A DNA stretch of 64,000 bases from Chlamydiales bacterium (GCA_022601445.1 JAJACP010000004.1:23300-87299); one strand, 5' to 3'. Shown: positions 38,074 to 48,157, numbered from the stretch's first letter. The notes: generated by a model not told the origin, from the sequence alone. Made by a program: numbers and translations.

Positions 38074-38799
38074 TTAGAAGCAGCAAAGATCACCAAATCT
38101 GTAGTTCAAGATCACACGACCGACCCAAGCCGTATCGCTTAGGCTGAAGTGGAAGTTGCTGTCAAATCTCTCGTTGTTGTGGCAGAAGTGTAGAGTTAAG
38201 ACCTCTACGCCCATGGTCCAGTTACATCCAAGACCAAATTCTGCTCCAACACCTCCGACCCAGCCCCACTTTGTGTCGCAGTGCTTGAAATTGCGATCGC
38301 TTGTAGTGCCGTTTAAGTTACGCCATTGGTTGTCAAAGCTAGCCACAGCAGCTCCAGCAGTGACGTAGAGTAGAGCATCACAAACTGTGAGGCCTGCTCG
38401 TGCACGAATGGTTGTGAACCAGTCGAAATCAGCTTTGATAAAACGGTCATTTGAGCCGAATAGACGCTCACGGTGATCCACGTTTACCCAGTTCCAGTCG
38501 ACAACGAGTCCGAAGACTGAACTAGCACACTGCCAGTCGTAGCCAAGTTGAAGACCAACCGTCACATCAGTCGTACATCTAGACAAACTGGTCACATTGT
38601 CATCAAAGAAACCATCTAGATCATTGCGGTGCGCCATGTGGCTGATAACACCTAGGTTACCACCGAAGTAGAAACCGTCGAACTCTGTTTCACAGCAATA
38701 CGGATCGTATTGCGGTGGGCAGCAGTAATCATTAGCAGCTGCCTGTTGTGCCGTTAGCATTCCTGCAACGGCTAATGCACAAAAAAGAACCTTTTTCAT
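38074..38799 (-). CDS. Cysteine-rich outer-membrane beta-barrel protein, paralogue 2
   Basis: 241 aa, collinear with paralogue 1 along its whole length (same signal peptide start MKKVLFCALA, ends YRFGDLCCF). The upstream leader attacctatctcctaggaattt is also shared. Confidence 0.85.
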   Translation of the reverse strand: MKKVLFCALAVAGMLTAQQAAANDYCCPPQYDPYCCETEFDGFYFGGNLGVISHMAHRNDLDGFFDDNVTSLSRCTTDVTVGLQLGYDWQCASSVFGLVVDWNWVNVDHRERLFGSNDRFIKADFDWFTTIRARAGLTVCDALLYVTAGAAVASFDNQWRNLNGTTSDRNFKHCDTKWGWVGGVGAEFGLGCNWTMGVEVLTLHFCHNNERFDSNFHFSLSDTAWVGRVILNYRFGDLCCF

Positions 38800-38901
38800 A
38801 TTACCTATCTCCTAGGAATTTCCTTCTAATTCCAGACAGTAGCAAAAAGGGTCTTTTTTTGAAAAAAAAAAGTTGTGTAAGTGGAAAAAAAATATGTGGG
38901 C

Positions 38902-40125
38902 TTATTTGTGCTTCACGTATTTTTTGCGTGAAACGGGTCGAGAAGTCTTTTTCGGGCTGTTTCCTCTGCGGGGCTTTTGAATCGGCTCAGGTTTAATCGA
39001 AAGATCAGGTTCATAACCAGGGATGATTAACTTGGGTAGATTTCGTTTAAGTAGATGTTCAATATCACGCAACAGTTTGTGCTCATCCACACAAACAAGT
39101 GAAAGCGCCTCTCCCTTATGGCCGGCTCGCCCTGTACGCCCAATCCGGTGCACGTAATCTTCAGGAATATTCGGCAGCTCAAAATTCACAACGTGGGGGA
39201 GTTGATCGATATCAAGTCCACGCGCAGCAATGTCTGTTGCCACAAGGACACGGACGCTCCCTTCTTTAAAGTTTGCTAGTGCGCGTGTACGTGCTGCTTG
39301 GCTTTTGTTACCATGGATGGCTGCCGCCTGAATTCCCTTTTTTTCTAGCTGTCCGGCCAGGCGGTTGGCTCCATGTTTTGTGCGGGTAAAGACAAGGACT
39401 TGTTGCCAGTTCTGCGAATCAATTAGGTGCGTGAGAAGATCAGATTTTCGCGTGCGGTCAACTGGATGGATTAACTGCTCGACTTGTGCCGAAGCGTCAT
39501 TACGGCGCGCTACTTCGACCATGATCGGAGCATTGAGGAAGCTGTCAGCCAGCTTTTTGATCTCATGCGAAAAGGTCGCAGAAAAGAGCAAGCTCTGTCG
39601 TTTTTTGGGAAGCAGTTTGATCAATCTGCGTACATCGTGAATAAAGCCCATATCGAGCATGCGATCAGCTTCATCTAAAATAAGAATTTCGACTTTGGAT
39701 AGATCTACAGTTTTTTGACTAACATGATCTAATAAACGTCCTGGTGTCGCCACAAGAATATCTACTCCGCGACGCAAAGCGGCGATTTGAGGCTCTATTT
39801 TGACTCCTCCGAAGATGACAGCCGATTTTAGGGAGAGGTGTTTGCCGTAGGTTTTGACACTCTCGCCCACCTGAGCGGCAAGTTCACGGGTAGGAGTCAG
39901 GATGAGCGCGCGCAGTTTACCCGGCGCATGCTTGCCTAAAAGGTGAAGAAGGGGCAGAGTGAAGCCAGCCGTCTTACCGGTACCTGTTTGAGCGCCGCCC
40001 ATGATGTCCTTACCTTTAAGGATAAGGGGAATTGCCTTTAGCTGAATGGGGGTAGGTGTGCGATACCCCTGTTCTAAGACGGCACGTACTAATTCCTGCG
40101 AAAGACCAAGCGTTTCGAATGACAT
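38902..40125 (-). CDS. rhlE: DEAD-box ATP-dependent RNA helicase (RhlE-like)
   Basis: Q-motif region, [21 protein letters not shown] (LILDEADRM), [13 protein letters not shown], and a basic C-terminal tail. Confidence 0.93.
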   Translation of the reverse strand: MSFETLGLSQELVRAVLEQGYRTPTPIQLKAIPLILKGKDIMGGAQTGTGKTAGFTLPLLHLLGKHAPGKLRALILTPTRELAAQVGESVKTYGKHLSLKSAVIFGGVKIEPQIAALRRGVDILVATPGRLLDHVSQKTVDLSKVEILILDEADRMLDMGFIHDVRRLIKLLPKKRQSLLFSATFSHEIKKLADSFLNAPIMVEVARRNDASAQVEQLIHPVDRTRKSDLLTHLIDSQNWQQVLVFTRTKHGANRLAGQLEKKGIQAAAIHGNKSQAARTRALANFKEGSVRVLVATDIAARGLDIDQLPHVVNFELPNIPEDYVHRIGRTGRAGHKGEALSLVCVDEHKLLRDIEHLLKRNLPKLIIPGYEPDLSIKPEPIQKPRRGNSPKKTSRPVSRKKYVKHK

Positions 40126-40219
40126 AAATAAAAGACTCCAAAATTTCGTCTATTATCGACCTCATTCGCTTAATTATCAAGTTTTTAATAAATAATGAAG
40201 CTGATAGAATGTCCCTCTT

Positions 40220-41302
40220 ATGCCAATAAAACCCATTGCTTTTGATTTATCCCTTGCTGATTGGGAGGAGTGGACAGTCAAAGAGTCCATTCCCAAGTAT
40301 AGAGCCAAGCAGATCTTTCAGTGGATTTTTCAAAAAAATAGCACCCATCCAGAGACGTTTACGAATTTATCCCCCTCAGATCAAGAGAAGTTGAAAGCTA
40401 CTTTCTGCTGGGAGCCTCTTCGCCTCGATTCCCAGCTCACCTCGTCTGATGGCAGTCAGAAATTGCTGCTCAAAACAGAGGACAATCTGCTCATAGAGCT
40501 TGTGATCATGCCCTATGAAAAGCGGACGACTCTTTGTTTGAGTTCTCAGGTAGGGTGCCGCATGGGGTGTACGTTTTGCCAGACAGGTAAGATGGGATTA
40601 AAACGGAATCTGACCTCTGGGGAGATTTTAGCGCAGCTGTTGATCGCAAATCAAGTATTAAGTGAGAATCCTGTGACTAATGTGGTCTTTATGGGAATGG
40701 GAGAGCCGCTAGATAATTATGATGCCGTTGTGAAAGCGTGTGCGACCATGATCGATCCGGAAGGGTTTAACCTCTCAAAGTCACGTGTCACGGTCTCGAC
40801 CTCAGGGCTTGTTCCAGAGATCAAGAAGTTAGGTGAGGATCTTCCTGTGCGTCTGGCGATTTCACTGCATAATCCGGATAATGAAAAACGGAGTCGCCTC
40901 ATGCCAGTTAATCGCAAGTACAGCTTGGAGGAGTTGAAAAAGGTGCTACTCGACTATCCAGCCTCTCCACGCCATGGAATTACGTTTGAGTATGTGATGA
41001 TTGAAGGGGTCAATGATAGCCTACAAGATGCAAAAAAATTGGTTCACTTTTTACACGGGCTTAAGGCAAAAGTAAACCTGATTCCGGTGAATCCGTTTCC
41101 TGGAGTGGCCATCACCGCATCGAGTGAAGAACGTATTCGGGAGTTTCAAATGTATTTAACCAAGCGCTCAATACCAGCTCCTGTCCGCTATAGTAAGGGA
41201 ACCGATATCAGTAGCGGGTGTGGACAGCTGGCAGCCAAACGAGAGGGGGAGTTGAATATGGATCCAAGAAAGCTCCATAAGCAACGGCGTCTATTGGTTT
41301 AA
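40220..41302 (+). CDS. rlmN: 23S rRNA/tRNA (adenine-C2)-methyltransferase RlmN (radical SAM)
   Basis: YRAKQIFQWIF N-terminus, radical-SAM cluster motif CRMGCTFCQTG, GMGEPL, and the C-terminal SSGCGQL catalytic Cys. Confidence 0.93.
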   Translation: MPIKPIAFDLSLADWEEWTVKESIPKYRAKQIFQWIFQKNSTHPETFTNLSPSDQEKLKATFCWEPLRLDSQLTSSDGSQKLLLKTEDNLLIELVIMPYEKRTTLCLSSQVGCRMGCTFCQTGKMGLKRNLTSGEILAQLLIANQVLSENPVTNVVFMGMGEPLDNYDAVVKACATMIDPEGFNLSKSRVTVSTSGLVPEIKKLGEDLPVRLAISLHNPDNEKRSRLMPVNRKYSLEELKKVLLDYPASPRHGITFEYVMIEGVNDSLQDAKKLVHFLHGLKAKVNLIPVNPFPGVAITASSEERIREFQMYLTKRSIPAPVRYSKGTDISSGCGQLAAKREGELNMDPRKLHKQRRLLV

Positions 41303-41943
41303 GAAGCGTGCCTTTCTTTCAGTGAAGAAAGCGTTTTTTCTGTTGTTAGAATGATGAGTTCATCATTTTCCTTAAGCTCGCTCTCATCGGATGTGAAGTA
41401 AGGCGTATCTCCTCGGTACAAGCAAATGGGCTTGGCATCTTTGGGAAGTTTTAGATCGTAGATAGGCCCTTCCTCTTTTTTGCTAATCACCATTTTAAAC
41501 AGTTCCACCTCACCCTTAATGTAGTCTTTGAGTTCTGTGGAATTTTCATTATGAGCCAATTTTACAAGAGACTTGCCCACTGTTTGAGAGGGGATAATGA
41601 CATTCTCCAAGCCCAGTTCAGTACATATTTTTGCATAAGCATCATTGCGAATACTCACAACAACCCGTTTAAACTGAAGCGACTCACCAATCAAACCTGT
41701 AATGATATTGTCTTGATCTGAGTCTGAGATGGCAAACAGGGTGTCAACAGACTGAGGGTTGGTTTCTTGTAAAAGGTCTGGATTGGATCCATCCCCGCAG
41801 ATAAACCCACAGTCAAATTGATCTTGAAGAGAGTCCACCTTATCTTTATCTTCTTCAATAATAATGACTTCATGACTGTTTTCTGTCAGTATCTTGACAG
41901 CACTTAAGACCTCTTTTCCCGCACCCACAAATACAATTCTCAT
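41299..41943 (-). CDS. trkA: Trk/Ktr potassium-uptake system NAD-binding subunit (TrkA-N plus TrkA-C)
   Basis: MRIVFVGAGKEV Rossmann start, 214 aa, overlapping trkH by 4 nt. Confidence 0.85.
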   Translation of the reverse strand: MRIVFVGAGKEVLSAVKILTENSHEVIIIEEDKDKVDSLQDQFDCGFICGDGSNPDLLQETNPQSVDTLFAISDSDQDNIITGLIGESLQFKRVVVSIRNDAYAKICTELGLENVIIPSQTVGKSLVKLAHNENSTELKDYIKGEVELFKMVISKKEEGPIYDLKLPKDAKPICLYRGDTPYFTSDESELKENDELIILTTEKTLSSLKERHAS

Positions 41944-43388
41944 GACGTCATCCTCCTACCTATAAATGTTTTGGGATAGATTAAGACAAGTAAAGTCACC
42001 AGTTCCAAACGTCCTAAGAGCATATCTGCGATTAAGACGCCTTTCAGAATAGAGGGGAGTTCAGGTGAGATGGTACCCACGCTCACTCCTACGTTTCCGG
42101 TTGCGGAGACAACTTCAAATAGGCCGTCAAGAAAATTGTAGCCCATTAAGATAAAAACGAATACCGAAATCAAGATGACCATAATGTAGAGGGTTAAGAG
42201 GGTAAGACAGCTATACGCCTCCGTGCGCAGTTGCTCAAACTGATGTGTGGCGTTCGCACTTTTCGTTAAAGAGGTGCGAAAAAAAAGAAGGTGTAGGGCT
42301 TTGAAAATCATAAGCATTCGAATCAGTTTGAAGCCTCCCGCTGTTGATTGCGTCGAACCCCCTATAAACATGGAGATCACGGAGGTGAACTTAGCTCCAT
42401 CGGAAAGGGTAGAAAAATCAAAGGTGGAAAAACCCGCTGTTGTTTGCATGGAAACGGCATTTAGGATAGCTGTGGGAAGAAATGATAGTGAGTGGGGAGC
42501 TACTAGAAAAAACATGAACAGAGAAAATACCAGACAGCAGATGATTAAAGTGCCTAGCTGCCTATCCTGCACAAGGAGCTTGAGATCTTTGAACGAGGAA
42601 ATCCAAAATAGGGGGAAAGAGATAGCCCCTAAAAAAGAGCACGCGATTACGCAGGACCGCACTAAATAAGGAAAGCTACTTAAGCTCCCTTGGTGAGAGG
42701 AAAATCCGCCTGTTGAGACGGCTGAAAAAGTAAAGGTCACGGCATCAAAAAAAGAGAGGCCCATGCTCTTTAAAGCGATCATGCCAAGAAGGGTGATTCC
42801 GCAGTACACAAGCAAAATTTTTCGGGCAAAAATTCTTGAGTTGGCCACAAGATCTTCTTTGTAGAAGACCTTTTTAAACAGTGCTTTAGAGACAGTACTG
42901 GGTTGAGAGGCCAACCCTAGGCTAAAGATCACAATCCCCAGGCCTCCGTACCACTGCATCCATGTACGTGAAAAGAAAAACGTTTTATTATTAAAGATAC
43001 CGATATCCACAACGGATAGACCTGTTGTCGTCACACCAGAGACACACTCAAACCAGCTATCGATGAAGCTTAGGCCGTTGCCCATCATGGGAATCGTGAG
43101 CGCAAGCGAGCCCATTACGAATGTAAGGCCCACGATTGCATAGACTTCATTTGACTGGAGCGACTTGGGGTGATGGACCTTTAAGCTCCCTATCCCGAGA
43201 GCTAAAAAGAGTGCGATTACAATGCCATACCGAAAAGAGGCGGTATATTCCTGCCAAAACAAGGAAAGTGTAAATGGGACAAGAAGAGCACCGATCCCAG
43301 CTAACAGCATTAAACCTAAATACTTATATAAAACAAGCCATCTGACTGAATAGGTGAGTTGAGATGGTAAAGTGCTGTTTGTTTCCAT
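41940..43388 (-). CDS. trkH: TrkH/KtrB-family potassium transporter
   Basis: 482-aa polytopic protein with repeated selectivity-filter-like TTTG/STGG/TTAGF/STAGG motifs (VSGVTTTGLS, AVSTGGFS, MQTTAGFS, GSTQSTAGGFK). Confidence 0.88.
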   Translation of the reverse strand: METNSTLPSQLTYSVRWLVLYKYLGLMLLAGIGALLVPFTLSLFWQEYTASFRYGIVIALFLALGIGSLKVHHPKSLQSNEVYAIVGLTFVMGSLALTIPMMGNGLSFIDSWFECVSGVTTTGLSVVDIGIFNNKTFFFSRTWMQWYGGLGIVIFSLGLASQPSTVSKALFKKVFYKEDLVANSRIFARKILLVYCGITLLGMIALKSMGLSFFDAVTFTFSAVSTGGFSSHQGSLSSFPYLVRSCVIACSFLGAISFPLFWISSFKDLKLLVQDRQLGTLIICCLVFSLFMFFLVAPHSLSFLPTAILNAVSMQTTAGFSTFDFSTLSDGAKFTSVISMFIGGSTQSTAGGFKLIRMLMIFKALHLLFFRTSLTKSANATHQFEQLRTEAYSCLTLLTLYIMVILISVFVFILMGYNFLDGLFEVVSATGNVGVSVGTISPELPSILKGVLIADMLLGRLELVTLLVLIYPKTFIGRRMTS

Positions 43389-43418
43389 GAATCTGGAAGC
43401 GCCTCTTGATTAGCGGCG

Positions 43419-43586
43419 CTAGCCCCCACCTCGAACAAAGTGCATAACTACACTGATAATGAAAAGGATAACAAATACGATGAGCAAAATACGGGCGATC
43501 GACATGGCGCCGCCAGCAATATTAGTAAATCCGAATAGTGCCGCAATGATTGCTACAATAAAGAAAACGAGTGCCCACCACAACAT
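43419..43586 (-). CDS. Small membrane protein of the UPF0391 (DUF1328, YtjA-like) family; absent from the ORF track because it is under 60 aa
   Basis: My manual translation gives MLWWALVFFIVAIIAALFGFTNIAGGAMSIARILLIVFVILFIISVVMHFVRGGG*. This is the characteristic two-helix pattern of UPF0391 (ML.WAL.F..IA..A...GF..IAG.A..IA..LF..F...F). Confidence 0.7.
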   Translation of the reverse strand: MLWWALVFFIVAIIAALFGFTNIAGGAMSIARILLIVFVILFIISVVMHFVRGGG

Positions 43587-43688
43587 AATTGACTCCTTTT
43601 ATCCCGTCTCTATCCTATAAATTCTTTTATTTTTAGGCAAAGCAAATCAATTGGCTTGACAATTGCATTGAAGCTGATGAGGTATTGT

Positions 43689-45920
43689 ATGAATGTGCAG
43701 ACAAAATCTAGTGCTGAGTCGCTTAGCTTACAAAAGCAAATTGAAAGCGGTGAAAAAAAGAAAAAATTTGGGACTTTTGGAGGCGTTTTTGTCCCCACTC
43801 TACTGACTATTTTAGGCGTGATTCTTTTTTTGCGTGAGGGATGGGTAGTCGGTAATGCGGGTTATTTAGGTGGTTCGCTGATTATCTTAATTGCCTTTGC
43901 CATTACAGGGTGCACAGCCGTCTCTATGTCTGGGTTTGTGACCAATACACGTATCGGAGCGGGGGGTGCCTTTTCGATTATCTCTCAAGCGCTTGGGCTC
44001 GAGGTTGGGGGAAGTATTGGCATTCCTCTTTATTTTTCACAGGCCCTGGCAGTCTGCATGTACATATTCGGCTTTCGTGAAGGGTGGCTTACCCTATTTT
44101 CTGGCCACTCACCACTTTTGATTGACTACGCTGTTTACTTAGGAATCTTTGGAATTACCTTGGTCAGTACACGTTTTGCTTTTCGCATTCAGTATCTAAT
44201 CCTCTCCTTAATCGTGGCTTCGCTTATTTCTGTGCTTCTGGCCGCATTTTTCGGTTCCATGCAGTACCCCATCCAGTGGTGGGGACATTTTGAGGGGTCA
44301 GTTGAAAATCAGTTTAGCGGCATTAGCTTTTGGGGTGTCTTCGCCGTTTTTTTTCCCGCTTCTACAGGGATCATGGCAGGCGCCAATATGTCCGGAGAGC
44401 TTAAAGATCCGCGTAAAAGCATTCCAAAAGGAACACTAGCTGCAGTTGGGGTTAGCTTAATCGTCTATTTGGCAGTTGCTTTTTGGCTGGCTAGGTCTGC
44501 GACTCCAGAAGAGCTGCTAAACAACTACTTTGTTTTGATTGAAAAGGCGTTTTACAGCCCGGTCGTCTTGATTGGTCTACTTGCCGCTACATTCTCTTCA
44601 GCCCTAGTTTCTTTTATCGGAGCCCCCCGCATACTGGAGGCATTAGGTGCACACAATATTATCTTTTTTGGCAACTGGCTCTCCACAAGGAGTCGGCGTG
44701 GAGAGCCCTTTCATGCGCTGCTTGTCACATTTGTGATTGTGGGATTGGGGCTTTTAGCTCGTGATTTAAACCTGATCGCCCCTCTCATTACGATGTTTTT
44801 CTTAATTACCTACAGTGTGATTAATCTGGTTGTGCTGATTGAGGAATCAATCCAACTCATCAGCTATAGACCCTACTTACGTGTTCCCAAATTGTTTCCC
44901 TTGATCGGTTTTTTGGGCTGCCTATTTGCCATGTTTATTATCAGTCCTACCTTTGGCCTCATCGCGGCAGCCGCAATTGGCATTTTTTATTCACTGCTAT
45001 TAAAGAGACAACTGAACTCACCATTCAATGATGTCAGAAGTGGTTTGTTTGATGCTGTAGCGGAGTGGTCTGCAAAAAAAGTGATCTTGCAAAAAAGAGA
45101 GTCAGATCGTGCTTGGAAGCCCAATTTTTTGCTTCCAATTGACTCAATTGATAGCCTCGCAGGTGCTTTTCGATTAGTGGCCCACTTAGCCTCACCCGTT
45201 GGGTCTGTGCGGCTACTTGGTATTCAAACGCAACAAGATTTGAGAGAGTTTGAGCATGAGCTTGAAAATGCTGTCGATGTTTACTTAAAAAGGAAAATCT
45301 TTGCCACCTCATCGCTCATGGAAGAAACAGAGTTTGCTGATGGGATCGTGCGCGGTATGCAGGCCTTAAGAGGCTCTTTTTTCCGTCCCAATATTCTTTT
45401 TTTAGAGCTGCCCAAAGATGTGCATTTACATCAATCGCTGCGTCGTGTCATTGATGTGGCCGCGTACTCAAAAATGGGAGTGGCTCTTATTGTCTACCAT
45501 CCAGAAGCTAGATTGGGTAAAGAAGAGCGCATCAACGTATGGATTCCTCAACCCACTAACTGGGAAATCGAGATGAAGCAAGGGATGGTTGATTTGGCCT
45601 TGTTGCTTGGTCATAGGCTGCATGAAAGCTGGCAGGGGAAGCTGCATCTTTATATGACAGTCGAAAGTCGTAAAGATCAGCAAAAAGCAAAAAAATATCT
45701 AAAGCGTCTTGTCGCCGTCTCCAGGCTGCGTGTCGTTGAGCAGATGGTTTGGGTCGCGCCTTCTTTTCATGAGGCCCTTGAACAAGCTCCTTCACCAGAT
45801 CTCACGATCATGCCGATGGTAAATGGGAAAAATATACAAGAGATGTGGCGCTTAACCAAAAAGACGCATTCAACTTGTCTGCTGTGTCAAGATAGTGGCA
45901 ATGAAAATGCGTTTGCGTAA
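43689..45920 (+). CDS. APC-superfamily transporter resembling cation-chloride cotransporters (SLC12-like): 12-TM core plus large cytoplasmic C-terminal domain
   Basis: N-terminal FGTFGGVFVPTLLTILGVILFLREGWVVG is typical of CCC/AA-permease TM1, followed by a soluble C-terminal domain of about 270 aa. The start is uncertain (ATG at 43689 or 43677; the track begins at 43656). Confidence 0.8.
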   Translation: MNVQTKSSAESLSLQKQIESGEKKKKFGTFGGVFVPTLLTILGVILFLREGWVVGNAGYLGGSLIILIAFAITGCTAVSMSGFVTNTRIGAGGAFSIISQALGLEVGGSIGIPLYFSQALAVCMYIFGFREGWLTLFSGHSPLLIDYAVYLGIFGITLVSTRFAFRIQYLILSLIVASLISVLLAAFFGSMQYPIQWWGHFEGSVENQFSGISFWGVFAVFFPASTGIMAGANMSGELKDPRKSIPKGTLAAVGVSLIVYLAVAFWLARSATPEELLNNYFVLIEKAFYSPVVLIGLLAATFSSALVSFIGAPRILEALGAHNIIFFGNWLSTRSRRGEPFHALLVTFVIVGLGLLARDLNLIAPLITMFFLITYSVINLVVLIEESIQLISYRPYLRVPKLFPLIGFLGCLFAMFIISPTFGLIAAAAIGIFYSLLLKRQLNSPFNDVRSGLFDAVAEWSAKKVILQKRESDRAWKPNFLLPIDSIDSLAGAFRLVAHLASPVGSVRLLGIQTQQDLREFEHELENAVDVYLKRKIFATSSLMEETEFADGIVRGMQALRGSFFRPNILFLELPKDVHLHQSLRRVIDVAAYSKMGVALIVYHPEARLGKEERINVWIPQPTNWEIEMKQGMVDLALLLGHRLHESWQGKLHLYMTVESRKDQQKAKKYLKRLVAVSRLRVVEQMVWVAPSFHEALEQAPSPDLTIMPMVNGKNIQEMWRLTKKTHSTCLLCQDSGNENAFA

Positions 45921-46126
45921 CTGGTTAAGCTGTATAACGTTTCCATCCTGTTTTGGTAGTTATTTTCATTTTGAAATCGTTGGAAAAGTCGGTCTTTGAT
46001 CATGCTTTTGGCTGAGGCAAAAAACAGTTGTTCAAGAACTCCAGGAGTGTTTGAGGCTATCAGGGCTCCACTAGAAGAAACAGGTTTTCCTGTTCATTCA
46101 GCGCGAAAAACGTAACGAGAAAAGCG

Positions 46127-47653
46127 TTAACTCCATAAAGCTTTGCTCAAAACTTCCTCACACTCGTGGCTTAAGTTTTTAATTTTCAAGTTTTTGCCCA
46201 CAGACTTGTAGCGCGTAATGACCCATTCAATGGCATGAATGGCTGATTGGTCTGTCACGCGTGAATATTTAAAATTGATCACAACCTCTTGTGGATCATT
46301 TTCGATCTCAAACAACGCTTTAAACTGGGAAATAGAACCGAAAAATAGAGGATTGTGCAGCTGATACTCCTTTGAGCCATCAGCATGGAGGGTTTGATTG
46401 GCGTAGATGTTTTTTGCCGATTCCCATGCAAATACCAGAGCAGCGATGATCACTCCCGTAATCACAGCAATGGCTAAATTGGTCATCACAGTGACAACAG
46501 TCACCACAACAATGACAAAGGCATCGTGTTTGGGAATTGTACGGATCCACTTAAACGTGGCCCATTCAAAGGTTTCAATCACGACCATAAACATCACTCC
46601 AACAAGTGCCGACAGTGGAATCATTTTGATCATGGGCCAGAGAAGCAGGATGAAAAGCAAGAAGGCAAGACCTGCCACCAATCCGGATAAACGGCCTCGG
46701 CCACCTGACTTGATGTTGATCATGCTCTGGCCTAGCATCGTACACCCACCCATACCCTTAAAAAAGCCACACACCACGTTGGCGATTCCTTGAGCAACGC
46801 ACTCTTTGTTAGCTCGTCCGCGTGTGTGGGTGATTTCGTCTATAAGAGAGAGTGTCATTAGAGATTCTGATAGTCCCACAATGCAAAGGGTGATGGCGTA
46901 GGGGACGATGATTTTAAAGGTTTCAAAGGTGAAAGGAACCTGCAGCCAGGCAAAGGCCGGCAGACCACCCGCAACCTGCCCTCCATCCATCATGTCGTTC
47001 ACAACACGTGTATTTAAACCAAAAAAATGGACACATGCTGTTATCAAGATAATAGCGACAAGTGCGGCGGGGAGTTTTTTGGTGAATTTGGGTAAAAAGT
47101 GGGTGACAGCCATGGCAATCAGGACAAGTCCAATCATTAGACAGAGTGGGCCTGAGGCCAGCCATTGCATTTTGCCATCCACATGAACCTTGAACTGCTC
47201 CAACTGTGCCCAAAAGATGACAATGGCTAAGCCGTTGACAAAGCCAACCATCACCGATTTGGGCATAATACGGATCAGCTTGCCGAGACGAAACATTCCC
47301 ACTAAGATTTGAAAAAGGCCCGTTAAAACGACGGTCGCAAATAGATACTCAACACCATATTGGGAAACGAGAGAGACGATTACAATTGCCATCGCGCCGG
47401 TAGCTCCCGAGATCATGCCTGGCCTGCCTCCAAATAGAGCTGTCAATAGACAGAGGAAAAAGGCTGAATATAAGCCTATTAAGGGGTCTAGATGGGCGAC
47501 AAGAGCAAATGCAATGGATTCAGGGACAAGGGCTAAGGCAACTGTTAATCCTGAAAAACAATCGAGGTTCCACTTGCCGCCTATAGGCATTAAAAAGTTT
47601 TTGATTTTTTGAAGCATTCTAAAAATAATGACACTTAAATCTTTAAAAGTCAA
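46127..47653 (-). CDS. SulP-family anion (sulfate/bicarbonate) permease with C-terminal STAS domain
   Basis: GLTVALALVPESIAFA motif and a polytopic core, with a C-terminal STAS-like region (LFFGSISQFKALFEIENDPQEVVINFKYSRVTDQSAIHAIEWV). The real start may be Met13 (47617). Confidence 0.88.
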   Translation of the reverse strand: MTFKDLSVIIFRMLQKIKNFLMPIGGKWNLDCFSGLTVALALVPESIAFALVAHLDPLIGLYSAFFLCLLTALFGGRPGMISGATGAMAIVIVSLVSQYGVEYLFATVVLTGLFQILVGMFRLGKLIRIMPKSVMVGFVNGLAIVIFWAQLEQFKVHVDGKMQWLASGPLCLMIGLVLIAMAVTHFLPKFTKKLPAALVAIILITACVHFFGLNTRVVNDMMDGGQVAGGLPAFAWLQVPFTFETFKIIVPYAITLCIVGLSESLMTLSLIDEITHTRGRANKECVAQGIANVVCGFFKGMGGCTMLGQSMINIKSGGRGRLSGLVAGLAFLLFILLLWPMIKMIPLSALVGVMFMVVIETFEWATFKWIRTIPKHDAFVIVVVTVVTVMTNLAIAVITGVIIAALVFAWESAKNIYANQTLHADGSKEYQLHNPLFFGSISQFKALFEIENDPQEVVINFKYSRVTDQSAIHAIEWVITRYKSVGKNLKIKNLSHECEEVLSKALWS

Positions 47654-47680
47654 ATAGGCGTGGTTTTTCTTGCGCTAAAA

Positions 47681-47706
47681 ATCTGTAATGCTGTAACATT
47701 ACAGAT
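47681..47706. promoter_or_regulatory. Perfect palindrome abutting the trpR start codon (candidate autoregulatory operator)
   Basis: atctgtaatg-ctgtaa-cattacagat, with 10-bp arms and a 6-bp spacer, ends 1 nt before the trpR ATG at 47707. It lies in the 53-bp divergent region shared with the SulP gene. Confidence 0.45.
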
Positions 47707-48012
47707 ATGGCAAAAAAGCAAGCCCACAAGCAGCAAGGATGGGAGGGACTGTTGGATCTCTGTACAAGTTTCTCTGACTCTCAAGCTTTAGAGCGCTTTT
47801 TTGATCTATTTCTGACTCTTGAAGAGAAAGAAATGTTTATCGGTCGCTACCTGGTGATTCAGGCCTTGCTAGAGGGTGAGTTGACCCAGCGGGAGATTGC
47901 CAAGCAGCACCGCGTGAGTATCGCTCAAATTACCCGGGGTTCCAATGCCTTGAAAGTCATTGACGCCTCATTAAAGAAAAAACTGGAACAGCATTTTGCT
48001 GAAAAATTATGA
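47707..48012 (+). CDS. trpR: Trp repressor family protein
   Basis: 101 aa. LVIQALLEGELTQREIAKQHRVSIAQITRGSNALK matches the TrpR HTH (E. coli ...[27 protein letters not shown]). Confidence 0.8.
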   Translation: MAKKQAHKQQGWEGLLDLCTSFSDSQALERFFDLFLTLEEKEMFIGRYLVIQALLEGELTQREIAKQHRVSIAQITRGSNALKVIDASLKKKLEQHFAEKL

Positions 48013-48157
48013 TCTTTTTCATTAAGACATCTACGTTCAAATCTTCTTCCATTATCTGGGCCCGCGCCCTCTAGTATTCTTTTTTTACAGTTTTAAATTC
48101 AAGAATCTATCCCACAATTAGGCGTGAGATAGGCCGTTATTATTTAAGGAGATTGTT

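Noticed and set aside
42247-42669. 140-aa plus-strand ORF
   Set aside because: It is antisense to trkH, and its basic low-complexity peptide suggests it is not coding.
43656-43694. TTGACA ... TATTGT as a sigma-70 promoter for the SLC12-like transporter
   Set aside because: The spacer between the hexamers is about 21 nt rather than 17 +/- 1, and the -10-like hexamer would leave no leader before the ATG. I did not report it as a feature.
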